DNA of 64,000 nucleotides from Chiloscyllium plagiosum. Lineage: Eukaryota. Below, in pieces: positions 12,430 through 25,089 of the stretch; within the stretch, counting starts at the first letter, position 1; each line of letters begins with the position of its first letter. The DNA lies in contig NC_057728.1 in assembly GCF_004010195.1 (NCBI RefSeq), positions 44,852,286 through 44,916,285 on the forward strand, read 5' to 3'. A program made the translations under genes and the position numbers. The notes below the pieces were generated by a model. That model saw only the letters and a list, made by a program, of their open reading frames with translations. It was not told the origin of the DNA and did not search any database.

Positions 12430-13620
12430 AATTTGGATCAAATTCAAACAGCAATCTGATGCCGTAGGTCAAACCTGAGACTTCCCGCCTTTAATTCTTT
12501 CCCTAACTTTTTGTGCACTTGAATCCACCACACCCTTGCTACTTAGTTTAAAGCCATATCCACAGCCCTAGTTATGTGATTTCTTGGGAATCATGTATCA
12601 GCATGATTCAGGTGGAGCCAATCCTATCAGAATAACTCCCTTCTTCCCCAGAACTGGTATCAATAACATATGAATTCAAATCCATTTCTCACACACCAAT
12701 CTTTCAACCCCATGTTTACCTCTTTAATCTTGTTGACCCTGTACCAATTAGCTCATGGTTCAGATAATTATCTGGAGATTATAACCCTTTTTGGTTCTAC
12801 TTCCCTAGTTAACCCTTAACTGCTCATATTCCCTCCTGTATCATTGGTACCCCTACATGGACCATGACAACTGGATCTCTCCCCTCCTACCTCACGTTTC
12901 TCTGCAGCACAGAAAAGCTATCCTAAACCTGGGCACCAGGCAGGAAAAATAGCCCTCGGGAGAACAGTGTCTATTCCCCTAAATTTACTATCCCTGATTG
13001 CAACTACATTTTTTTCTTTTGTCCCCATTCTTGAATGGCTCATTGCTCCATGGTACTATGGTCAGTTTGCTCATCCCCCCGCAGCTTCCACTATACTGCA
13101 CACAAACAGCAAGAATCTCAAACTCATCAGACAAGTTCTGAGGCTTCAGCGCTACCTCCTGGATCCCTCTACCTACCTCACTTTAGTTGCACCATCCTTC
13201 CTTGACCACTGACTGAATTTGAGGTCGTTAATCTAAGGGGAGTGACTGCCTCTTGGAACATAGCGTACAGGTAACTCTCCCCTTTCCTGATATGTTGCAG
13301 TTTTTGAGCTTAGACTCCAGCTCATCATGCAACCAAAACTTTCACAGATGTGGTCGCTTGGAACCACAATGGGGTCCACCAGCTCCCATGTCATTCATTG
13401 CCTGGCCTGGCAAGTTTATTTTAATTGCTTAGTTCTTAATTTGATTTTTAAAAGTTTCATACTGGTGTTTTAGCTTGTAACCTGTAAATATGACCCCTAT
13501 TGACCTTCTATCTGAAGCAACCTATAATAGATAACCAATTTAATAGCTATTGCCAACCAATTAACTTAGGATTTATCTCTGATGTCACTCATTTGTGCTG
13601 GGCCCCTGAATCTGGGTTTT
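12430..13620 (-). mobile_element. CR1 LINE 5' region (SGNH esterase-type ORF1), decayed
   Basis: Reverse strand has remnants of CLVPR/VMVHVG-T-ND motifs; homologous to 49900-50820(+). Confidence 0.7.
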
Positions 13621-13649
13621 AATTTATCCTGTTAAAAAAACCTTACAAA

Positions 13650-13775
13650 CTGATGAAGGGCTTATGCCCGAAATGTCAATTCTGCTGCTCCTCGGATGCT
13701 GCCTGACCTGCTGTGCTTTTCCAGCACCACAGTCTCAAGCCTGATCTCCAGCATCTGCAGTCTTCACTTTCTCCT
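13650..13775 (+). mobile_element. Short Penelope-derived tail beginning at hammerhead core
   Basis: CTGATGA-a-GGGC-ttat-GCCC-GAAA-tGTC followed by the same tail as 2032-2203. Confidence 0.8.
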
Positions 13776-14436
13776 TACGAACTATCAGCCAAAAATGAAG
13801 CAGGTAAAAAGCATCTCTTGTGCTGCACCGAATTCCCATGTTGCCTCAAAATTCCCTGAACTATGTACTCACTTATGCTAAGTGTCTCATTCTGGATGTG
13901 ATCTCTCCTTCCTTACTGTGTGAAGACACTTTAAAATCACAGCAAGGGGGCAGATCACAGGCTGCACTTCACGTCAATGAAAGGGAGAGCACAGAAACCT
14001 TAACCATATTCTTCTTTATGAAGTGAAAATGCTTTCATAGCTTTGAATATCTTTTGCTTAGCAGAGACTGAAGTTAACTTAGTCCATTAGGAATCAATCA
14101 CTACTGCAGACACTCTCATCCTTGAACTACAAGATGATGCAGACTCTTAATTCCTCTTAGAGATTGCAAATGGGAGGAAAGAAACATACCAATGATCAGC
14201 CACAAGATGGCATTCTAGAACTTACTACCCTCTTTCAGGACTAAGAGACTGAGGAAGAGCCAACTATTTGTGTTGTCTGCTTAGTGGAGATAGAGATCCT
14301 TAACCTTGCCAAACTCTTATTGGGCAGCACTGTTTATGAAGTCTCTGCTATCTCTCTTCAGGAGAGTCATCCATTTGAAAGAAGCAAATAGGTAAAGTTG
14401 AAGACATATTTCTCTAAACCTGCCAACTACACACAA

Positions 14437-14571
14437 TAAAAGCAAAATACCGCAGATGCTAGAAATCTGAAATAAAAGTAAAGTGCTTGAGAAAGTCAGC
14501 CAGTCCTGCAGCATCTGTGGAGAGAGAAACAGAGTTAATGTTTAAAGTCTGATCTGACTCTTCTTCAGAAC
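14437..14571 (-). mobile_element. Short Penelope-like tail (family of 8185-8281)
   Basis: Minus strand gtt-CTGAAGA-agagtc...aaacatt-aac; similar copies at ~45620-45735, ~58900-59060, ~61815-61915. Confidence 0.65.
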
Positions 14572-14707
14572 AGAATTCAGCAAGTTTCAGCTATCATCAA
14601 TGTGAACAAACTTACATTTGAAAAAACAATTTTTGAAATTACCTGCAGAATGAGGAATATATTTTGGAAAAAAAAGATGTCGAGGAACACACTAGGAAGT
14701 AAATTAA

Positions 14708-15540
14708 TTTGCCACCCAGCCTCCCTTCCAGTTGGGGAACATTTGAGCGGTCCAGATTATTCGACCTCAAACCTTCGGGTGACCATCCTCCAAGGCAGAC
14801 TTTGGGACAGGCAGCAGCGAAAAGTGGCCGAGTAGAGGCTGATAGCTAAGTTCGGTGCCCATAGGGAGGGCCTCAACCGGGACCTTGGGTTAATGTCACA
14901 TTACAGGTGACCACTATTACACTATATACACACACACAGACACTCCTCCACACACACACAGACACACATACACACACATGCACACAGACACGCACACGGA
15001 CACTCACTCACTCCTACAGACACACACACTACATTCACACATGCATCTTTTCACAGATTTCAACCCCTTTACACTTGCACACACATTTACACTCTTTCTC
15101 ACTGAACCCATAACCCCCCCCACCCCAGATACATACACACACACAAATACACACACACTCCTACTGACACACACACTCCCACATGCACCTTCTCACAGAC
15201 TTAAACCCCTTTACACTCACACCCACACACACTCTCTCTCACAGAACTCACAACCCCTCACCCCAGACACACACGCACACAGACACAAACCCACATGCAC
15301 ACATACATATATACATTTGTGGGGTGAATTTGTACTTACAGAGTTACATTGTACTTTGCTCAAAGACTGCATGCTCCTTCACAACCTGATGACAGAACGG
15401 CACCCCGAAAGCGAGTGCTTCCAAATAAACCTGTTGGACTATAACCTGATATTGTGTGATTTTTAACTTTGTACACCCCAAAGTTTGGGAGAAGACCCAA
15501 ACTTTGTACACCCCAGTCCAACATCGGCATCTCCAAATCT
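14708..15540 (+). mobile_element. Penelope-like element 3' end: GIY-YIG C-terminus, CA-rich spacer, hammerhead-bearing tail
   Basis: SLPVGEHLSGPDYSTSNLRVTILQGRLWDRQQRKVAE*RLIAKFGAHREGLNRDLG; CA-rich 14925-15315; CTGATGA at 15386, GAAA at 15407. Confidence 0.85.
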
Positions 15541-16419
15541 AGACCCAAGTACTGTACAAGAACTTTGAACAAATTCATGTCCAGCAGACTATTTCCTTAT
15601 CTGCTATTTGTTAATGGAGTACCGGAAATGTTCATGTTTGTGTTTACTTTCCAAGATAATGATGAGGGAGAACAAACATCTATTGTGTCCTAAGAAATCT
15701 GAGAATGTTGTTGGAGGCCAATGCCTCAGGCAAAAGAAATTTTAGGTAGGGGGTGAGGATCAGGAATAGGAGCCTAGAATTAAATGTTCACTGTTAAATG
15801 TCAATGGTTATCATGAAAAAAAAGTGATAATTTGAGGAAAGGGTTGAATACATCAATGACTGCTGAGCATGTGCCGAAGGAACTATGGTCATCATAATAT
15901 CAGACCATATGAAATTAGAGTTAGTGTCCGTAGGATTACAGAAAATGCCCTTCCTAACCAGGTTTTGTATATCAGTATGCTTAATAAAGTAATATAGTGT
16001 TCTATCCCCATGTGTACAGTATTAACCTTACTGTCTCCCTCAAGGCCAAAATATATATATTGTTATGTGAGATGTCTAAAGTGGAATATGCTAACCTAAG
16101 TACTCCAGAGCTAAGCAATTTAGCAAGCAATGGATCAGATCTAAGCTTTGCAGTCCTGCCATATCCAGTAATGAATGATAGTGGACAATCAAACTCCCTG
16201 GAGGAGGAGGTTTCATACATATTGTGAACCTCAATGATAGGGAAGTTCAGTACACCAGTGTGTTAAATATGGCACATGCATTTGTGTCAATTTTGTTTTG
16301 CAACATCAGTGGATGATTCATCTCTGTCTCCTCCACCACCCCAGATGCCAGTATTGAGCCAATTCAATTTACTTCATATGATAATAAGAAAGGCACTAGC
16401 TATGGGTATTTGCATAACT

Positions 16420-18110
16420 GCAAATGTTATGGACCCTAATACATCCTGGCAATAGTTCTGAACTCTTATACCCAAAAAAGGTTTTGCACTTGCATCCAAG
16501 CTATTCTAATACTGCTAAAACACTGGTATCTGCCCAACAATATGCAAAATGATCCAGGTATGTCCTGTACATAAAAAAGCAAAACAAGCATAACATACAA
16601 GGCTTCAGGCCAAGTGCTGGAAATGAGATTAGAATAGGTGGATTTTTGATGACAGTGTGAAAACAATGGGCTGAAAGGTTTCTCTCGGAGCAGTAAATTA
16701 TCCGGCCTATTTTAATCTCATTAGTCTATTCTTAATCAGCAGGGAAATAGCGGAAGGTGTCATCAACAGTGATATCAAGCAGCATTTACTTAGCAGTAAT
16801 CTGCACATTGACACTCAGTTTGAGTTCAGCCAGAGCCACTCAGCTCCTCATTGTGGCCTTGGTTCAAACATGGACAAAACTGTTGAATTCCAAAGGTGAG
16901 GGGAGTATGATTTTTCTTGACATCAGTGCCACTTTCAACTCAGTGTGGTAGCAAGGACCCCTAGCAAAACTAAAGTCAAAGGGAATTAGGCAGAAAAAAA
17001 TGCTCTGCTGGTTCCAGTTTAACTGGTACACAGGATTATGGTTGGAGGTCAGTCATCTCAGCTCCATGGTAGCTCTGCAGGAGTTCCTCAGGGTAGAGCC
17101 CTAGCCCCAGCCATCTCCAGCTGCTTCATCAATGACTGCACAATGCTCAACACCATTTGCAACTCTTCAGATACTGAAACAGTCCATGTTCAAATGCAAC
17201 AATGCTTGGACAATATCCAGGTTTGGGCTGACAAGTGGCAAGTAACTTTCATGCCTCACAAGTTCCAGGCAATGACCATCTCCAGTGAGAGAAGGTCTAA
17301 CAATAACTCCTTGACATTCAATGACATCGCAATCACTGAATCCACTATTATCAATATCCTTGGCATTAAAATTGAAAAGAATTGGAACTGGACCAGCCCT
17401 GTAAATACTGTGACTCCTGGAATAGGTCAAAGGTGTCCTGGAGTGCGTAACACACTTATTAGCTTGCTAGAGCCTGTTCATCAATTGCAAGGCACAAGTC
17501 AGGAATTTGATGGAATACTCTTCATTTGTCTGGACCTGTGCAGCTCTAACAACACTCAAAACGCTTGACACAATCCAGGACAAAGCAGCGGGCTAGATTG
17601 GCACCACATTCACTCCCTCCATCACCAATGCTCATCAGCAGAATGTTTACCTTCTGTAAGATACTCTGCAGAAATTTATCAAGGCTGCTTAGACTGCAAC
17701 TAAGTCAAAACGTGTGGCACTAGAAAAGCACAGCAGGTCAGGCACATCCAAGGAGCAGGAGACTGTGCTTTTTCCAGCACCACACTTTTCAACTCTGATC
17801 TCCAGAATCTGCAAACCTCACTCTCTCTTAGCACCTTCCAAACCAAGAACACCAATATCTAAAAGGATCAGGGCAGCAGATACAATACAACCTGCAAGTT
17901 CCCCTCCAAGCCACACAACATCCTCTCTTGGAAATATGATCCTTCAATGTTGCTGGGTCAAAATCCTAGATCTCCATCCCTAACAGCATTGTGGGGGGAT
18001 GTACACCAAATGGATTCCAGCTGTTTGAGGAGATAATTCACCATAACCTTGTCAAGCAAACTAAGAATGGGCAATAAATGCTGGCCCAACTAGTGACGCC
18101 CATATCTCAT
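16420..18110 (+). mobile_element. L2/CR1-group LINE ORF2 (RT) remnant with nested Penelope tail (~17700-17828)
   Basis: FLDISATFNSVW; AGVPQGRALAPAISSCFIND; LDNIQVWADKWQVTF. Confidence 0.85.
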
Positions 18111-19938
18111 GAGTGAATAAAAATTCCAAAGAAGTTGACTAAGGCCTAACATGTATATCCTCATCAGGTGGACAAAATCAAGAAATTCCTGGCTCTGCCA
18201 ATCCAACCCAGGAGGAAATGGCCCCTAAGTTGGAATTTTCATTCTGCTGTGGGCATGTACCCTGGGGGTTGGAACAAATGAGGAGACTATATGCAGAGGG
18301 GATAGGGTAGAAGATAGGTTTCAGGGCTCTTGTGCTGTGTTCAAAACGTGAAAAAGTATAAAGCATAAACATTCCTTCAGACTTTATGCCCTCTTATGCC
18401 CTGCACATTCCCCAAACCCCATTCATTCCATCTCATCCCATCCCATTTTATCTACCCTGTTAGATTCTGTGTATACTCCATGCCAGCCCACCCCCCTCAT
18501 CCACCATCACCCACACTCATAATACCTCAGAAACTCAATGTTGACTTATGCATTTGTGCCCACAGTTCATAACCTCTCACACACTTCATGACAATCTTTG
18601 TACCTGTACGCACCTCCTATAACCTCTCATTGACTTGAAACATTTTGTCCCAATGTAAGCCTTGATAACAACCACCCTAAGACTTACACGTGCTTTATTG
18701 CAAACTATGTCTCTGTACTCCTCATAATTCCATGCAAATATATGCCCCATAGCCATCCATTATCCTTTGTAGCCCCTATGTCAAATTACTTTGAACTCTT
18801 GAGCATTCCTTTGCCCTTGCAAACACAATGCCAACTCACCGAGTATCCATTATGGGCAGACCTCAGGACATTTACTAAGATTACAAAACATAAATTTTAA
18901 TTGTTAAGTTCAGATTTTACTGTGATGAAAATGTAAATTATCCCATTCTTTAAAAAAAACTGCTTAGTTTACATTGCTTCAACACATCATGCCTTATAAT
19001 ACCGAACATTTTATCGATGTGCATGTAACGAACATTGGAATATATAATCCACTTTAAAGAGTTGATAAATGGCTGTAGTTGTCAATAAAACTGTGGAATG
19101 GCAGGCACTCTATTGGGATAATGGGTAGTTGTGAAATAAATCAGGCAGTAGTAAGAAAATACCTATTTTAACACTCCAGGCATTTTTTTGGTTATTAAAT
19201 GGAACGACAATGACAGCTTGACTGATCCCTTTAACAGTCACTTTTTACAATTTCTTTTGACTCTTTCTTTGGCTTACTTCGAACAATTCCAAAGGATACC
19301 TGTTGAAGAAAACTCTCAGACTTGGACCTTGCGAACTGATTAACTTATTACATGATATATCATGGGGAATTCACTGTCCTAACTGTGGCTCAGTTTATTC
19401 CGAAGTACATCAGGATACTACAGGATTATATAGAGAAAACAGATAGGAGCTGATCGTTAATTGCACAGTTTGACATGATGACAAGTTGGTACTAAATTAG
19501 AGGTTAGTCATTAAGTTCAAAATTAAAGCACTATTATGCATTCTACAAGTGGACAGATCAAATGGTATCACCACCTGCTCTAGTTACACAGATTGCTAAT
19601 ACTAAGCAGAGATATCCATAATTGGCTGACAGACCATGAAGAGGCAATAACTAGAGAAGGAAAGGGGACTAATTGGAAAGTCTATGTCAGCTTGACTGGT
19701 TCTACAGCCTGCGCTGATCATTCAGCAAAGGGAGGAGACACTACTTGAGAAGGAAGATAAGGACAACCTTTCACATTACCTCATAGTAAGGAATGCATTG
19801 CCAGCAAAGTTCTGTCTGGGGACACAAAATGGAACTCTCAGCTGAATCAAGAAAATGGCTTTCAGGCAAATAATGTTAACTTTTCCCCAACAATACCTTA
19901 ACACTCACTATGAGCATGTGACCATTTTCCAAAGTGTA

Positions 19939-20320
19939 GAACATAGAATAGTACAGCCCACAATGTTGGGCTGAGCATTTATCTTAATCTAAGATCAACG
20001 TTAACTTTCTGCGGTCCATGTGCTTGTCCAGCAGTTGCTTACGTATCCCTAATGTCTCTGACTCTACTACCACCGCTGGCAATGCATTCTACACACCCAC
20101 CACCCTCTCTGTAAAGACCCTACCTCTGCCATCTCACCTATACCTTCCTCCAATCAGCTTAAAATTATGACCCCTCATGACAGACATTCCTGCCCTGTAG
20201 AAGAGTTTCTGGCTATCTATTCTGCCTATGCCTCTCACCACCTTCTACACCTCTATCAAGTCACTTCTCTTCCTTCTTCTCTCCAGTGTGAAAAGCCCGA
20301 GCTCACTCAACCTCTCTTCA
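19939..20320 (-). mobile_element. CR1 LINE 3' fragment
   Basis: agaacatagaatagtacag tail and decayed C-terminal RT sequence on the reverse strand. Confidence 0.75.
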
Positions 20321-22871
20321 TGCAGCGGTTCCATATTGAATTGTACTTGATCTTCTATTAATGTGTCTTGGACAGCCATAACCAATCTTACCTCACTAAA
20401 AGATTACTCTGGCCACCCAAACAATATCACAATGTTCAGACCTACACCTATCTATGGAACTCATGTTTCAGATACCTTGGTCATCAAAAGCACACAGGAG
20501 TGGAGGCAATAATTGATTTCTACAGGCATTAATCTCCATGAAGCACACATGCACAAAATGCAACCAAACCCAATTTGCAGCTCTGCATTTTGCAGTGGCA
20601 AAAATCCAGGCCTAATTCTTCTGATTACTTCTCATGTCTGTGCACTAGTTTGTGCTTTAGTGCACATGGATGCATAAATCAGCTAGCTGCTTCACTGCTC
20701 TCACCATGAAGAATATTTTCCAATTTCTCTTTCTTGACTCCAAGTAGGATACCTCATGCTTCCCATGCTGAAATGTACTTGTTTTCACTTAACCTTTTTA
20801 AGTCCATTTGCACCATCAAATAACATCTCAGAGAGAAAAAAAATCACATTTTGATGCAAACCTTCAGAATAATCTAACTTCAGAGTTCACTTATAAGCGT
20901 CATTCCTGCATGTGTCTGATTTACTTGCTTATTTACTGGGATTCATTATATGCTAATACTGAGACATGCTTGCTCATGAGACATGATTTATAATTGTTGA
21001 AACGCAATATATACACATGAAATTCTTTCCCTCTAATTCCCTGAGTAACAGCACAGTTCTTAAATCACAGTGCGTTCTCGCACTGGTTTAAAATCTGCTT
21101 TGGAAAATGGTAAAGAAGTTTATACTACCCCAGTTACAACTGGCCGGACTGAGGTTGAGGCTTTTCTGCTCATTCCTAAGATTCCTGCTTCTTGTGCTGA
21201 CATTGTCTTCAGAGTGTCAGCCCCACTGATTAGAGTGGCCCTTTTAAATGCAGTTCTCCAGTTAAAGTGGCTTATTATCATTTGCTATGTTGGCATGGTA
21301 ACTGACATGCAGACTCCTCCTATGTACTTACAGCATTTTGATACAGCAATATAATTAATGTAATTCAGATACTCCATGTGAATGAATTTCTGTCCGATGA
21401 AAAGGTGTTACAAAAGGCAGTACCAGATATTATATTTTCCTGAGTGATTGAGCTGACCCTAGGAGCCGAGCTGTCTCAAAAATAGCTCTATCGAAACTCT
21501 GACCTATTGTTCCATCCAATACCTCACAGCATTGTCTCAGCAACACCAATTCAATACTGTCAATCAAGCTAAATGGCTTGCCTATCTGTCTGGCCTGACC
21601 CAATTCGATAGCGAATTCTACAAGCTTCCTGGTTTACCATCTTGGCTCCCTTCCCAGTGTGCTGTTCAGTTGGCCAATTTTCCCAGCATGACATCCATTT
21701 CACCAATTTTGTTTTCAGTCCAAAAATGCTGTTATTTTGTTTGAAAGAGACTGTCCACTATCTACATTTCCCCACTTCTGAGCAAATGAGTCTTTTACCA
21801 ATTTAGTTCAAAATTTAGTTAGCAGTTGGTACAAGGTGGGAGTCCCTTGGGTTTAACTAACTTCTTATACACCCTAGATATTAAAACTCATTATGTTAAA
21901 AATGTTATTCAAAATAAAATTACATAGAAAAATACGGTATCATAAAGAATATTAAATAAATAAAAAGTTACATCAAAAAGAGTGCATTCATGGTCTGTGC
22001 CACTCATAGCAAAATATATGGCTCACATTATACTTTAAATACAAATCATCAGTTGCAATAATCAACATATCTTGGTGGGAATTGTCATATCCATGTGTAC
22101 AGGTTATTTATTTTGTATCATGATGATGCTTGTTAGTCCAGACAGTTCCCTTTTCCACTGGGCAAACTTGACTGATAGTATTGTGAGGGATACCAGGGTC
22201 AGTATAATGATGATGATTGCCAAGTGTGAAAGGAGACAGATCCATGGGTGCATTTGGATATTTGAGCTCCAGTCACAGAAATTGTCCCACCAGATTTCAG
22301 CTATCTCACCCTTCAATTCTTTAGTATGTTGTACTACTCTAGAAAGAGGTTTTATGGGCACTAGCCAATTGTAATTGGAGCTGATCCGATCTCTCCACCT
22401 GGCGTTTTATTCCTGCATTATATTTTTTGAAATAATTCCCAAATTTATCTTTTAATTTGTCACTCACATCAATGAGAGTCATTTCACTGTTGTGCATGTC
22501 TGTCAGTTCTATTAGACCTATTTGTGTTGGGATGTGAGGATTGATACAGAAAGGGGGGTTGGGGACACTACACATTGTTGCTCCATACCGGTATTCCCGA
22601 GTGACATTATGACACAGTTATTACCCTCCCTCTGTAGACAACTCTAGTGATGTCGATTGTCAGCCTCTAAGCCTCAAGTTTAAATTAATGCACATCCCAA
22701 ATCCACAGAGTGAATGTTCATTTGCGTAGACTAGATATGGTCTCCAAAGGTCTGATCAGCTGGCTCAGAGTGGTCTCCACCAGTCTCACCTCCTTCTTGA
22801 CTACATACGGTGGAACAACATGATATCCCAGCCATATTCCATTCTATATAATATTTGCATCCTCAATTCCA

Positions 22872-23538
22872 AAAATGCTTAACCTAACCCAACGGAATGA
22901 GGACATACCACAACCCAAAGGACCAGCCACTCTACCATACATCAAGAAAATTTCTGAAATGACAGCCAGACTACTACAATCACTAGGACTCATAACAGCA
23001 CACAAACCAACAGCCACTCTCAGACAACAACTCACCAGGACAAAGGAACCGATACCCAGCATGAGCAAAATCAACATAGTGTACAAAATCCCATGCAAGG
23101 ACTGCACAAAACACTACATAGGACAAACAGGAAGACAGCTAACGATCCGTATCCATGAACACCAACTAGCCACAAAACGACACACCAGCTATCTTTAGTA
23201 GCCACACACGCAGATGACAAGCAACATGAGTTTAACTGGGACAACACTACCATTATAGGACAAGCCAAACAGAGAACAGCCAGGGAATTCCTCGAGGCAT
23301 GGCACTCATCCACATATTCTATCAACAAACACATCAACTTGGGCCCAATATACCGGCCACTGCAGTGGACAGCTGGAACTGACAACCGGAAGCAGCAGAG
23401 ACAAACCACTATAAATGCCGGAGGAAACAACACAGAAGTGCTTCACAGGAGGCTCCCAAGCACTGAGGATGTCACTTGGACGGGGGACGAAACATCTGCA
23501 ACACAAATTCCCAGTGCGGCGAACAGAACCACAACAAG
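22872..23538 (+). mobile_element. Penelope-like element (GIY-YIG) 3' part inserted in env
   Basis: ATLPYIKKISEMTARLL...NIVYKIPCKDCTKHYIGQTGRQLTIRIHEH. Confidence 0.92.
23460..23499 (+). ncRNA. Hammerhead ribozyme motif in Penelope tail
   Basis: gca-CTGAGGA-t-gtcact-tggacg-ggggac-GAAA-cATC-tgc; stem I gca/tgc. Confidence 0.6.
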
Positions 23539-23539
23539 T

Positions 23540-23707
23540 TATGCCTTTTTTGGTTTGTATTTCAACATCAAGCTTTGCTTAAAGCTTAGTCATGGACCAA
23601 TGAAATCACATCTGGAACATATCACCTTGCATTTAAATAAGATAAAAGTAAGTGTCTAGGCTATATCCCTGACATACTTCGAGGTGGGGTGGTCTGGTCC
23701 ATATCAA
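23540..23707. mobile_element. LTR fragment related to 9693-10330, opposite orientation
   Basis: Reverse complement tgatatggaccagaccacccc...gatatagcctagacact matches tgttatggaccagaccaaacccc...gatagcctagaccct. Confidence 0.6.
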
Positions 23708-23711
23708 TGAG

Positions 23712-24307
23712 GAAGGTGAAAGTGAGGACTGCAGATGCTAGAGATGGGAGTGAAGAGAGTGTGGTGCTGGAAAAGCACAGCAGTTCAGGCAGCATCCAAG
23801 GAGCAGGAAAATCGATGTTTCGGGTAAAAGCCCTTCATCATTCCTGACCACAACAATGAGAAAGGCAAAAGTGAGAACTGCAGATGTTGGAAATCAGAGT
23901 CTAGATTAGAGTGGCGCTGGGAAAGCCCAACAGGTCAGGGAGCATCCGAGGAGCAGGCAAATCAATGTTTCGGGCAAAAGCCCTTCATCGAGAATGAGGC
24001 AGGGAGCCTCCGGGGTGGAGCTAAATGGGAGCGAGGGTGGGGCTGGGGAGAAGGTAGCCAAGAGTATAATAAGTGGATGGAGGTGGGGATGAAGGTGATA
24101 GGTCAGAGGGTGGAGCAGACAGGTGGGAAGGAAGATTGGCAGGTGGGACAGGTCATGAGGATGGTGCTGAACTGGAAGGTTGGAACTGGGGTTAGGTGGG
24201 GAGAGGGGAAATGAGGAAACTGATGAAGTCCACATTGATGTCATGGGGTTGAAGTGTTCCGAGGTGGAAGGTGAAGCATTCTTCCTCCAGGCGTCGGGTG
24301 GTGAGGG
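23712..24307 (-). mobile_element. Two adjacent Penelope-like fragments (~23712-23847 tail; 23861-24307 GIY-YIG C-terminus plus tail)
   Basis: LTTRRLEEECFTFHLGTLQPHDINVDF; TSD acaatgag at 23853-23860 and 24308-24315. Confidence 0.85.
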
Positions 24308-25089
24308 ACAATGAGCAGTCTATCTTTGTGAATGCATTTGTAGAAAATCCCCACCAATTGTCTGTGATGTCTACACTGTTATAACAAAGGGTGGAACTCC
24401 CATTGTGTTTCCTGTATGGTGAGTTGGTGAAGGTTACCATTTTTGCAGGATGAACCCACGCCACAGAATCCCGTTCTCACATACTGCCAAATTGGGTGGA
24501 TCAAACTACACATAACCTGGGTACGTGGGCTTCCCATACTGTAGCTATATATACACAAATAATTGTACGAATGAAGAAGAATATCTCAAAAACAATCCAG
24601 CTGGTTGCTGGTAAAGTCCCCTGTGGTAGGCTACCTGAAAATAAATCAAGCACAGTTTCTGTATCATGGTTTAATTTCTGAGTTTCCTTGTCATTTAAAT
24701 GAAAGGAAAATTTAAAGCTTAAAATCTCATGCAATTTTAAAATCTGAATGCCTTCATCCATCGCATTTTAAAATTTAAATCAGTACCATTACCTCACAGG
24801 TCCCATGTTCCCTTCTGCATCACGTGATCCTACCAATGAAACGTACTAGTCTGATATCAGGGCTCTCCCCTGTCTCTTCTTCCTCCTCTTCCTCCTTCAT
24901 GGGTAAACTCTGGAGGCAAATATCTTCGCAGATGGGAGATATCTCTCTCTCTTACTCACTCGCTGTTCAGGTATGAGGGATGAGGTGGGTGGACTGGGGT
25001 GCCCTAAGAGATGATTCGATTTCCTGATTGTCTTCTGCATAAGTCTCCTGTTGTAAGGTATCAATCTGTCCATGGGCTGAGTGGCAATG

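Larger units (their letters stand above)
22104..24634 (-). pseudogene. Decayed env-like envelope gene of an endogenous retrovirus-like element, interrupted by insertions at ~22872-24315
   Basis: Minus strand across frameshifts: Cys-rich PYLVYANEHSLCGFGMC...EYRYGATMCSVPNPPFCINP; heptad-like IKRQVERSDQLQLQLASAH/SRVVQHTKELKGEIAEI; WWDNFCDW..HPW then TM LLSHLAIIIIILTLVSLTILSV and basic tail; lies downstream of the integrase. Confidence 0.7.

Noticed and set aside
14907..15466. His/Thr-rich ORFs up to 162 aa
   Set aside because: Produced by the CA-rich spacer of a Penelope-like element
21400..22100. Possible 3' LTR/PPT of the ERV
   Set aside because: No clear polypurine tract, TG..CA boundary or partner LTR found
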